DNA of 64,000 nucleotides, taken from Camelus dromedarius (lineage: Eukaryota). The stretch covers positions 91,142,001-91,206,000 of the forward strand of contig NC_087436.1 of assembly GCF_036321535.1 (NCBI RefSeq), in the 5' to 3' direction. Each line of letters opens with the position of its first letter. The first letter of the stretch is position 1. Below the pieces are notes generated by a model. The model was given only the letters and a program-made list of their open reading frames with translations. It was not told the origin of the DNA and made no database searches. Below, one piece after another: positions 53,090 through 64,000 of the stretch. Position numbers and translations under genes: made by a program.

Positions 53090-53335
53090 TTATCTGTTAT
53101 TTAGCCAATCTTCTATTTCAATGTCTTTAGGTGGCTTTATACCTTTTCCAGTTTTCAAGTTATGCTCTAATGGTAATATCATATGTAAAATTTGAGCCTA
53201 TTTCTAAGTATTCTGATAAGATTAATTTCTAGATGTATAGTTATTTCTGTATAAGGATGTGATTTTGGGTACATTTTGGCCATATTTACAATTTTGAAGG
53301 TTGGAAACATTTATAATCCCAAATACATGACAGCA
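53090..53335 (-). mobile_element. Ancient L1ME-like fragment
   Basis: 'tatttagccaatcttctatt..ttaatttctagatgtatagttatt..tttacaattttgaaggttggaaacatttataatccc'. Confidence 0.5.
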
Positions 53336-54369
53336 TCCAATTCAAGTGACTGGTATTTCTAAACTGTATATTTTCAACTCTTCATGTCTTTTCAATGATA
53401 TTAAAGGTAGATTTGAGATCTGAAAATATCCCCATCTACTTCCTATGAGAAAGCAAGATTAAGAGAGAAATAGTAGAACACTAATGGATGCCCCAGAGCC
53501 TTTTTCAAAAAGAGAACATTTCCTTGTGTGAAGGTTGTGGGTGAAAGCAGAAACCAATCTTCATCCTAAGACGCAGAGTCAGGAAGAACTGCTGTGTCAG
53601 GAGGTGCTTGTACGTTCATCCAACTTGCATTTTCTTCATTATTCTGAAATATCTGGATAATTTTTAACCCAGAAAATGTGTTAAGAATTTGTGTAAATTC
53701 CAGGAGAATGCCAGTCAATAGATATGATATTATTTATTAAAACAAAGAAACAAAAAAAACTGCAAGTACTCAGAAAAGAAATGCCAGCAAAAGCAACTCA
53801 TATCCCCTTAAAAAAAATAAAGTGGTTATCCACTAGCAAAACTCAAAAGACTTCACATGTCGAAGTGCTCTACAGTTTGCAATCTCCTTCACGTAAAATG
53901 TGTAAATCCTGCTAGCAGGTTCGTATGGTTATTTTCTCTTAAACATCCTCTTATCTTGTTTGGAACTATAAGCATATACTGAACTAGTCATTATGCTCAG
54001 CTCTCCTACATAGAAGGCAAAAAAAAAAAAAAAGAAAAGAAAAAAAAGCTTTCCTTTGGTAATTGTTTTCTTGAATGGTAAGCATGACCTAATTAGAAGT
54101 ACCTTAAAGGAGCTTAAATAACCTCTCTCCGATCAATTACAGAAGATTATGCTAATGGAATACTTCTCCCTCCTCAATGCATTTCTGTTCCACTATAGAG
54201 TCCTTTTATGCCAGTGAATGCTCTGATTTTTCCCTCTTAACCAGAAAGGAATATTTTCATTCTGTGTCTTCCTTACACTGGGGTACATTCAGCTACTGCT
54301 TGAGTAGAGCCCCCAGTGTAGAAAACCTGGACAACTAACTTGCATGTAATTTTGCAAAAAAAGAAAAAA

Positions 54370-54477
54370 GAGCAGGAGGAGCTGAGCAGTGTCTGTGCTG
54401 GTGCCTCACTGAGGTTCGGTCAAGTGTAAAATCAGGTTAGAAGCAGCCCAGTCCAGATACTAAAAATGTGCCAGAAG
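54370..54477 (+). other. Candidate alternative first exon ending in a strong donor (AAG|gtaaga)
   Basis: Non-repetitive context and no upstream polypyrimidine acceptor. ATG at 54466 (A at -3) encodes MCQK in phase 0. The start coordinate is a guess. Confidence 0.3.
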
Positions 54478-55719
54478 GTAAGATTTCTAGAAAGTGTGTT
54501 TTCTTAATGATTACAAAACTTTAATACTTTCTCAAAATATCATCCTTTGCCCTTCATAGTTAACTGTAACTCTGGATTTATGTTGCTTTCTCTGAAGCTG
54601 GTGGTTTTGAAAATACTGTGGAATAAAGATGAGTCTAACAGGGTTGATTGTGGGTTGTCTCTGAGCTTACCTCTTTACCTGTTGGTTTACATAACAGCTT
54701 TTCCCCTCAGAAAAGCTGTTCCTGTTCTGGGTGCCAAAATCCATATTTATCTTTCTGCTGCTGATTCCAACAGTCAAGGGATTTTAAGCATAGCTTGTTC
54801 TATCTGTATTTATAGGGTTTTTTTTTTCATACACTAAAGGTGGTCCTCCACTTAATCTTAGCAAAAAATGATTTGTGATTGAGTATCCTGCTGTTAGCTT
54901 AGTGTCTCTGAGTTTCAACTGTCATTGGCTGAATTCCAGAGTATGGCTTCTGCAGAATCCGATTTGCCTTTAAGAAAGATACAGACCAGACACTGATAAA
55001 ACTGTTCAAGAAGCTCTGGGTGATGCTGTGAAATCCTGGTTTTAACTTTAATCTCAAAGATTGGGAATGACTACCCATATCAGAGGATTTCAGCTGAAGG
55101 CCATCTTGATAAAGCAGCCAAAAGATTGTTTTGAAGAAAAAATTTTTTATAACTTTGTCAGTTTATTTTTCCCACCTTGGGTCTCTATCATAATTTAAGA
55201 TAGCAACCTACAGTGTTAGCTTTAAAGATGATATGAAATCTTGAATATCTTTGGACGGGTGATGGCTTCTGTTGTGCCATTTGCTGTATTTTATACATCC
55301 AGTAGCTGGAAAGGTATTTAAAAGATTACCTGCCTAGATCATCAAACTCACAGCCAGTGAAAAAGAAATACCACCACCATTTTTTTCTGTAACCATCTCA
55401 GAGGTTACCAATAATGCCAGTTTGTCAGTTGAGTAGACTGTGGTATTAATTCTAATTTCAACTGTGTTGAGCACCCCCCCCAAAAAAACTTGAATATTGA
55501 GAGAATATATATTTTACTGGTATTAAAAATATTTTTAATTTTCTTCTTTAAGAATATTGTAAAAGTCATTCTTTATAAGGTCAGTGATAGTTTGCCTGGT
55601 CACAGATGATTCCTTGTTGTAAACTTAAGGTACAGTGTAAACATTATAGTCTGATGTGCTAAACGGGATCCAGTAATGGGGGGGTGAACCTCTCAGAATT
55701 CTGTTAGCTTTGAGATTGA

Positions 55720-56320
55720 TTGATTGGTTCATTTACTTATTCATTCAGTAAATGATTTACTGAGTTCCTCCTAGGTATCAAGCTGAGGGCTGGCAATGCA
55801 GTAGTATGCATAAATAGACATGTTCCCTGTACTCTTGGAGCTTGCTGTGAAGTAGGGGAGAGAGGTATTCATCAAATTTATCACACGTTGCAGTTGTGAT
55901 AAGAGCCACAGAACTGTATGATGCTATGTGATTGCATGATGGGGGACTTCACCTAGTCAGGGAGGTCAATGAGGGCTTTGGTGAGGACCATGCTTGAACT
56001 GACATGTGGAGGAGAAGCAGGAGTTAACTAGAAAAGGACAAGAGGACCTGCAGTAGAGGGAAGCCCAGCAAGTCCAAGGGGCGGAAGGAAGACAGGGGTG
56101 GCTGGAGTGTAGCATAGAACGTAGCTCATTGTGAGGCTGGAGCGGGTAGTAACAGCCATCAGGTGGGGCCCTAGAGTGCTTTACCTTTATCTCTGGAGTA
56201 ATGGAAATTCATTAAGGATTTTAAAGTAGGTGATTCAGAGAACAGGGCAGAGCACATATAATAACATGATAAAAATTCCTCTTCTAAAAAAGACCACTCA
56301 AGCTGTGAAGGTGGGAAAAA
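55720..56320 (-). mobile_element. L2 LINE 3' region
   Basis: 'ttcattcagtaaatgatttactgagttcctcctagg..tagtcagggaggtcaatgagggctt..ctttatctctggagtaatggaaattcattaaggattttaaag'. Confidence 0.85.
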
Positions 56321-56631
56321 AATGGAGGGTGGGGAGTGTATACCCGCCATCTGCTTGGGGCTTTCTAGGACTTTACAAATGACAAAAGGGTAGTGAGAGA
56401 AAGACTGGCTTGCTTAATCACGTTCCCAGAAATTGGTCATGATTGTTTGTAATTCCAAATTCCGTTACAATGAATTATGAAAACAACATTTATTATGATG
56501 ATAACTATTCATAAGTGAGGTAAGCTAATCCATATGGCCAAGTCTCCCCTCATGGAAGTCTTCCTAATTAATCTCTCTGGTTTTGTTTTTGTTTGTTTGC
56601 TTGTCTACTTGTTTTAATCATTTATTTCTAG

Positions 56632-56649
56632 GTCCATATTCTTAAGAAG
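56632..56649 (+). other. Candidate 18-nt microexon (GTCCATATTCTTAAGAAG, VHILKK)
   Basis: Long U-rich tract plus tttctag acceptor, AAG|gtaaga donor, and length divisible by 3. Confidence 0.25.
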
Positions 56650-56749
56650 GTAAGATACAAAAATAAAAGCAAAGATTCCTTCTCAGTCCTCTCTCTTTGT
56701 ACACAAACATGCGCAGTGAAACACATATAAATGTGTGCATGCAGACAGC

Positions 56750-57270
56750 CTATATATAATTTTATGTAAATTTGTGTTAGAAGTATAATTTTACAAACTG
56801 CTTTTCAAACTCAAATTTTAAGCAAGATATTTCTTTGTCAGTGAGACATACAGCAGCTCCAATTTGATGATTACATAGTCATCTATTAGGGAATGACCAG
56901 AATTTATTTAATAATCTCCATTTGAGGAACATGTGTGCTACTTCCATTTTTTCCTACTATACCAGACTGTAATGAATATCCTTGGAAATAAATCTTTTTT
57001 TTTTTTAATCTTTGTCTGATTATCTTCTTAGGATAAACTGCTAGATGAAATTACTGGATAACTTGGTATAAACATTTAAAATTTCAATTTGTTTATGATT
57101 TCTCTGCCCTCCAAAAAGTTTGAAACAATTTAATCTTTATCAGTTTTGGAGATAATGTCCATTTTGCCACATCTTTAACAAGGCTGGATAGATACATTTT
57201 TATTCAGATGATTATTTTTTGCCTTTCTGAGAGGTTACAGGTGATAGCTTTGCTGTTTTCATTCACTTTT
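56750..57270 (-). mobile_element. Ancient L1ME-like 3' fragment
   Basis: 'aatttatttaataatctccatttgaggaacat..ctgtaatgaatatcctt..gccctccaaaaagtttgaaacaattta'. Confidence 0.65.
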
Positions 57271-57571
57271 TAAAAGAAAAATTGATGTTGTATTTCTCAA
57301 CAACTCTATATCACATTTTGGTGTATTAATTTCATTTTTTTGAATTAATTTAAAATCAATAAATATTCTTAAAATATTTTAGTGCTTAATATGACATATC
57401 CTTTTAAAATAGACTTTGGAGTCCTATTTTTTTTTATTCAGGGATAGTATAAAAATGTGGTGGGACGAGATACAATCAACATTATAAAGACACATTTTCT
57501 TTAATGCTGTTATGCAAAGCCCTATTTTTCTCAAGACTAAACAGTTCACAGATGTTTTACCTAATCTTTTA

Positions 57572-58930
57572 AAAATTAATAGACTCTATTTTTTGGAACA
57601 GTTACAGGTTTATAGAAAAATTGTGCAGAAAATACAGAGTTACCATATGCCCCCCACCCTTCCCGCAGTTCCCTGTTTTTAACATCTTGCATTAGTGTGG
57701 TGCTTCTGTCACAGTTGATGAACCAATATTGACACATTATTATTAACTATGGCCCATAGCTCATATTAGGGTTCACTCTTTGTGCTGTACTTTCTGTGGG
57801 TTTGGGAAAAAGTATAACGTCATGTATCTACTTTACAGTTGCATATAAAATATTTTTACTGTCCTAAAAATCTCTGTGCTCCATTTGTTCTGTTCACCTC
57901 TCCTCTCTTCCCTCATTTCCTTGCCTGAACCCCTGGAAGCAATAGACATTTTTACTGTCTTTACAGTTTTGTCTTTTCCAGAATGTCATGTAGTTGGAAT
58001 CTTGTAGAATGCAGCATTTTCAGATTGGGTTCTTTCACTTAGCATCAGGTATTTAAGGTTATTCCCTTTCTTTTTGTGGCTTGAGAGCTTATTTTTTTTC
58101 TTGTTGCTAAATAATATTCCAAGTCAGAGTTTGTTTACCTATGGCTTCCGTTTTTTTGAAATTATGGATGAAGTTTCTATAAACATTTGTGTCTAGGTTT
58201 TTGTGTGGACATGTTTTCAACACATATGGATAAAGTGTAATTGCTGGGTCATATGGTAAGACTATAATTAGCTTTGTAAGAAGCTGTCAGTCGTCTTCCA
58301 GAGTGACTGTACCATTTTGTTTCCTCACCACCAATAAATGAGTTCCTGTTGCTCCACATCCTCCCAGCATTTGAGGTGTCAGTGTTTCCTAATTTTGCCA
58401 TTCTAATAGATGTGCAGTAGTATCACGTTGTTTTAATTTGTAATTTCCTATTACATATGTTGAGCAAATTTTCATCTACTTATTTGCCATCTGTACACTG
58501 TTTTTAGTCTGGTGTCTGTTCAGATATTTTTCACCATGTTTTAATTGGGTTGTTTGTTTTCTTATCGTTGAGTTTTAAGAATTCTTTGTGTATTTTGGAT
58601 ACAAGTCTTTTATCGAATATGTGGCTTTACAGATATTTTCTATGGCTTGCCCTTTCATTCTCTTAACAGTGTCTTTCACAGAGCAGAGATTCTTAATTTC
58701 AGTGAAGTCCAATTTATCATTTTTTTTCTTTCATGTATATATTTTTTCAAATAAAAAGGTCACCTCCAAAAACAAAGTCATCTAAGTTTTCTCCTATGTT
58801 ATCTTCTAGGAGTTTCATAGCTTGTGTTTTACATTTAGGTCCATGATCCATTCTGAGCTGATTTTTGTGAGGGGTGTAAGGGCTGTATTTATATTCTGTT
58901 TCTGTGTGTGGATGTCCAGTTGATCAGGCA
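57572..58930 (-). mobile_element. L1 (L1MC/L1MB-like) 3' region
   Basis: 'aatagactctattttttggaacagttacaggtttatagaaaaattg..gttgatgaaccaatattgacacattattattaac..ttctcctatgttatcttctaggagtttcatag'. Confidence 0.9.
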
Positions 58931-59275
58931 ACACAGATATTTTTTGCCAGTTCTTGGAACCCTCAAACGTCTCTGTGTTATTTATACTAGGATATAAATG
59001 TGACTATAGATTTACATGCAGAGTTGACTCCTTTGCTACTTTGGAGTAGTCTGCTTGAAAGCCAAAACCGTGACTTCTGTATATTCTAACAGTCTTTAAT
59101 TTAGGATAAAATCACTGGCAGGAACACTTTCATAATGCCCAATTTTAACACAACTTGTATGTTGTTTAGTAACACACCAAGGACTATTCAAAAATCAGTG
59201 CAAATTATAGATGTTGCCTAGAAGAGAAATTATGTTTTCTAACATCTTTCCTCTCTGCCCTGGTCCTTCTTTCAG

Positions 59276-59351
59276 CTTCTCATTTTACTCAAGTCTGTAA
59301 TCTTTGTCCTTGTTGGCATGCAGTGAACTTCATTCACTGATGCCAGAGGCA
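59276..59351 (+). other. Candidate 76-nt exon with stops in all frames (UTR, poison or ORF-terminating exon)
   Basis: Branch point ttctaac at 59237-59243, pyrimidine tract, tttcag acceptor and GCA|gtgagt donor. Confidence 0.35.
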
Positions 59352-60099
59352 GTGAGTTCTCAGACGCCCTAGTTCCTGATCTGTGATCTTGAAGACTCGC
59401 TCTAGTCTCAGTATTAACATGTGCAGGAATACATCAAAGATATATTTTTTTCAGTGTCCCCCTTTAACCTCAGAATAAATAACTTGGAAGTATTTCTCTT
59501 GGTTCCTAAGCTTTGATATGACTTACAATGGAATAAAAAGACGTAGCAGTTTCAGTTCCCTTTTAGTGTTTCTCTTCTAATAGTTCTGTGATTTGATACC
59601 ATGGTGACAGGTATCAAGGAAATACTTAGAATTAATAATGCTTTCAGTTGAATTGAAAAAGAAATGCATTTTTAATTCCTCTAGCTTCTAGGTTAAATTA
59701 CCATCTTGCGTATAAGCTCCTTTCTGGTGTGAATGATTTGAAAACATCAATTTCAAGAATTACTTTAATCCATATAACACCATGCTTATTTTTGTCCAAT
59801 TCTACCAGGTTATTTTAACCCAAAGTATAGAAACAACAACACCAAAAAAAAAGCAAATCAGATAGCTTAAATATTATGTCTTACAACATTTTTGGTATTT
59901 AGAGAATTATGTTTTGGGTTTCTGAGCTATGTCTTAGTATTTAAATATCTGCTGTTTATTCATTTTGAGGGGTCTTAACTGTGTTAAAGTTTTAATTAAG
60001 AAATTTAACTTTAACTTAGAAAGAAATAGCCACTTGAAGTTATCCTGGTATTCCCTTTATAATTCAGGAAAGAAGCTGTGTAGATTCTTTGCAGTATCA

Positions 60100-61005
60100 T
60101 TTTATGTATTCCTTTCCCATTACTTTCCTACTACAATTATTGCAGGTTTCCATTTCATCTCACTTGAACTATTTTTATAATAACTTCACGATGTCTCTGA
60201 CTTCAGTCTTTTCCTTCACTGTTTTGCCCCATATGCTACACGCTATTTGATCTTCCACAATCACTACATTGCTCATATTATTATAGTAACTGTTCTGCCT
60301 TGTGGTGTAGAAAGAATATAGGTTTTAGAATAAAAACCACTTATTACTTCTGCATATTTGTACGCATTCTCTAATCTCTCTAAGTTATGTCCTTAACTAT
60401 AAAATGAGGTTTAATCAACAAACTCATAAAAGTTTGGGTTATGGTTAAATAAAACTAATGCTTGTCCTCTTGATATTTCTCAGCTGTCTAAAGAAAAAAG
60501 TCCAGAATTCTTAACTTGGCATATAAAATCAACCAAATTTTGAGCTCAGACAACACCTCTCAATACATTAACTCATTAATATATGGCCCAGATTTTAGCC
60601 AAAGCCCACTCAGAACTCCCCTGACCTATCTGGGCTTCTCTCATCCTATACCTCCACCTCTATTTATATTTCTGCTGCCTGGAAATTCTTCCCTCTGTCT
60701 TCATCATTTATTGTAATGCTACCAAGTCCTTAATGCAACCTGACATGACATCTTCAAATTCCTGATCAAATGTAGCCAGTCTAAAATTAATGACCTTTTT
60801 CTTCTTGATATTTATCAGGCACTAATTTTTACCTTCTTATGGCACTTAACAGGTACTACTTTGAGTAATAGTTACTTGTGTAAAGGCCTTTCTTAAGAGA
60901 CTATAAGGCATTCAATAGCATAGCCAGTGTTATATTCATGCAAGCTTATACACTTAGAACTATATCTGACACAAAGAGAGTTTTCAATTACCATTTGGTG
61001 AATTA
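60100..61005 (+). mobile_element. L2 fragments with a nested MIR (about 60300-60450)
   Basis: L2 text 'aaagtccagaattcttaacttggcatataa', tail 'atctgacacaaagagagttttcaattaccatttggtgaatt', and MIR 'tggtgtagaaagaatataggttttagaat'. Confidence 0.6.
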
Positions 61006-61112
61006 AGACATCATTTACCTTTTTAATAATCAAAATTACCCTATTGTTTCAGGATTATCTCTCATAGAGAGTTTTTTTCCTCATTACACCATTAAAAGTG
61101 GACAAAATTTGG

Positions 61113-61598
61113 TTAAAATACTAAAGATAGAGTTGCCATATGATCCAGCAGTCCCATTCCTGGGCATAAACATGGAGAAAACTCTAAGTTGAAAAGACAC
61201 ATGCACCCCAATGTTCATAGCAGCACTGTTTAGAATAGCCAAGATATGGAAGAAGCCTAAATGTCCAACAGATGATTGGATAAAGAAGCTGTGGTACACA
61301 TGTACAATGGAATACTACTCAACCATCAAAAAGAATGAAATAATGCCATTTGCAGCAACATGGATGGACCTAAAGATTGTCACACCAAGTAAAGTAAGTC
61401 AGAGAGAGAATGACAAATATATGATATCACTTACATATGGAATCTTAAAAAAAAAGACAAAATGAACTTGTTTATAAAACAGAAACAGACTGACAGACAT
61501 ATAAAACACACTTATGGTTGGTTACCAGAGGGGAAAGAGGGTAGGAAAGGGGTGAATTAGGAGTTTGAGATTAGCAGATACAAACTATGAGAAAAAAA
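61113..61598 (+). mobile_element. L1 truncated at both ends, with TSD
   Basis: ORF2 end (MFIAALFRIAKIWKKPKCP..YTCTMEYYS) plus partial 3'UTR. Flanked by acaaaatttgg at 61102-61112 and 61602-61612. Confidence 0.88.
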
Positions 61599-64000
61599 TT
61601 AACAAAATTTGGGATAATTGTGTTTTTCCTGTATTAGTTTAAGAAGACATCTTAGATGAACTTAGCAATGCAGAATGCACATCACTTTGAGTATATTTAT
61701 TATTATTATTATCTAGAAAATTAGCTCACAGTGGTTATAACAGCAGAAATGTCTCCTAATGTGTCAGAGGTTGACAGGTCTATTCCCATTAAGGAAAGAA
61801 TCTGAGGCATTTTTAACTGATACTTTGCATTTTTAAAAATATCAAGTTTGTTTCTGATTCCAAACCATCAGAACACATAAGATTCTATTGTATTACTAAG
61901 TGAGTGTCCTTTTTGTTCAGAAGAGCATGTTAAAAAATACCCCAGGTAATCACATAATATCTCATTATACACCATAAGACTAATAAAGCCTTCTAAACCT
62001 GTTTAATACATTTTCCGTATTTTCAGGAAAGATTTTCCTAAACCATATCTGACAGGAAGACAATTCTTGTGGTCTTAATTATCCCCAGTGAAGATGATTT
62101 CATAGCCTTCCTTATTAAATAAGGATCTTCACAAATGAACATGGTAAATGAACCCTAGAGCTATTGCAGTGACAGATAAATTATGTCAGTGAAAAACTTG
62201 GAATGAGTAAAATCAAGAAAGAAAAATTTCACCTTGCATGAGATCAGGTAAGCATAAGGCATGTGAAGGATTTTAATGATGTCTCTCAGGAAAATTCTGC
62301 TTTGAGATGGAGAATGAAGAGATGATAATGGACTTTGGTCAAAGGGGAGAGGAAAAGAAAAGAGCATTTGAGAAAACTGAAGAAGCAATATTGGGAATTA
62401 AATGGCAAAAAGCCAAGTCGAAAGAAATATACCCATAAATAAATGAAACATAAAAAGCACAGAAGGGCTCCCAAATAGAAGGCTTGTCTAGATTTCATCT
62501 TTAAGAGATACTTAACATTTGTCAATCTGAAGTTTAAAAAACTGTTTGCTGTGCATTTATATTGACTGGTTAATCTTTAGAAAAAAATTTAAAACGTTCA
62601 AATACTGAATTTTTATGATTGCTTTCCTGAAAGGATCCCTCCAGGATTTCTGTGTTTTCCTTTGGTTAGTTTTTAACAAATGCATTAAGTAGAAAGATTC
62701 TCTTTCCATTCTGTTCTCTTGATATTCCTGGCTGTTTGAAAAAGAACACTCAATTTATTTAATAAAGAAAATACTTGTTTGTGGTCTACCTCTCCAGACT
62801 TCCAGCAGCTGTAAAGATAATTAAAGCCATCCATTTAGCGTTGTTGTGTTCCTTATGGCAGCTTCAGTTCTATTGACTGCTTGTAGTTTTCTGTAAGAAT
62901 TTTATGAAATTGTCCATGAAAGATAACAGTAGAATCCTGGATGGCTCTGACAGAAAGCGAGTTACATACAGTAATTGCAGTAAGTGTGCAAAGCCTAATA
63001 GGAAGCAGGGCTTTAAACAACTCATCTTTTCTTTGAGGCCAGGAATACATAATGCTAGTGAAAATTTTGTGGCTTCTTAGAGAATTTGGACGGTGTATTC
63101 GAAGCAATCTGGATAATCTACTTTTTCATTATGTTGAATTTATAATTTATATGTTCCAAGCTTTTCTTTCTATGAATAAAATATGTTATTAAATTATAAA
63201 ATAAAATATATTTAGGTGTTGAATTGCTAACTTCTATCTACTGAAAAAATTCACTGAAACAGTTCCAGTCCCTTTTTCCTAAGGGTAAATAGTTTTGCTC
63301 CTGTATGTGTATCCTTAATGTAATAATCAACTGTGCTTTTACCCTGCTGAAGTAATGCATTATTCCTTATTTTTTAAAATGTCACATGTACATCTATTCA
63401 CTCTGCAACACAAAAGTTAGAATAAAAAATATATAATTTTGTTAAGCTGTACTGTCCCAAAATGTTTAGGGGAGAACTCCAGGCAAATTTTTAATAATAA
63501 ATTTCCTAATGTGTTCTCAGTCTGGTCTCATCTGATCTCAGATCAGTGTTGAATGGTCTTTGGGGCTAGAAATTTTGTTTAAAACTAAAGAAAAGATAAG
63601 TGTTCTACAAGTGTTTAAACTTTGAATTAAGCCTCACAATCAGCAAGACCCTAATACCAGAGTTAAATAAGCAAAGAAATCAATGACATTTACATAAAAT
63701 CAATTAGTTATGTTGAGGGTTTTGAATATTATATTACTTCAGTGCAAGAGGAAGTACATAAGAAACAGTTCCACTAGGTTTTCCTATATATTTTATTTCC
63801 TTCTTGGTTTCTGAGGTGTGTTTACTGTCCAGTCTACAAATAACTGATGATTTGGATGATCACACACTTTGTCAATGATATATTCAAAATTCAATTAATT
63901 TTATTCCTGTTACAAGCTTTATCTTGCCATTAATTTCAATAAAATATCAATAGAGTATGAAAATCAAATACTTGACACATTAGGAAAAGGCAGTTAGTAG

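Noticed and set aside
62810..62900. Minus-strand 'IRNTTTLNG/MALII' resembling a hAT transposase dimerisation motif
   Set aside because: Needs a frameshift, and the diagnostic upstream ERSFS motif is absent.
1..64000. Prokaryotic-type systems (CRISPR, operons, defence islands), tRNA and rRNA genes
   Set aside because: The sequence is mammalian repeat-rich non-coding DNA, and I saw no such structures.

Overview
This is AT-rich mammalian (eutherian) genomic DNA, with no recognisable protein-coding gene, RNA gene or CRISPR-like array. Much of the window is interspersed repeat: L1 LINEs of several ages, L2, MIR, MaLR/MLT1 solo LTRs and hAT MITEs (MER20, MER58, MER5). The youngest L1 has a 3'UTR resembling camelid (Camelus/Vicugna) L1s, and I saw no Alu, B1, Bov-tA, PRE-1 or Can-SINE, so a camelid is the best guess. 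Most old L1 fragments lie on the minus strand and the plus strand looks T-rich by eye, suggesting an intron or multi-intron 5' region of a large plus-strand gene that I could not name. The only long ORF (51561-52661) is the C-terminus of L1 ORF2. The best-supported observations are retrotransposition anatomy: an exact 18-bp TSD next to a 36-bp perfect palindrome, a twin-primed inversion, a 3'-truncated L1 with a TSD, and nested insertions. There is also a set of speculative small exons with good splice signals on both strands. Repeat boundaries and subfamily names were assigned by eye and are approximate.
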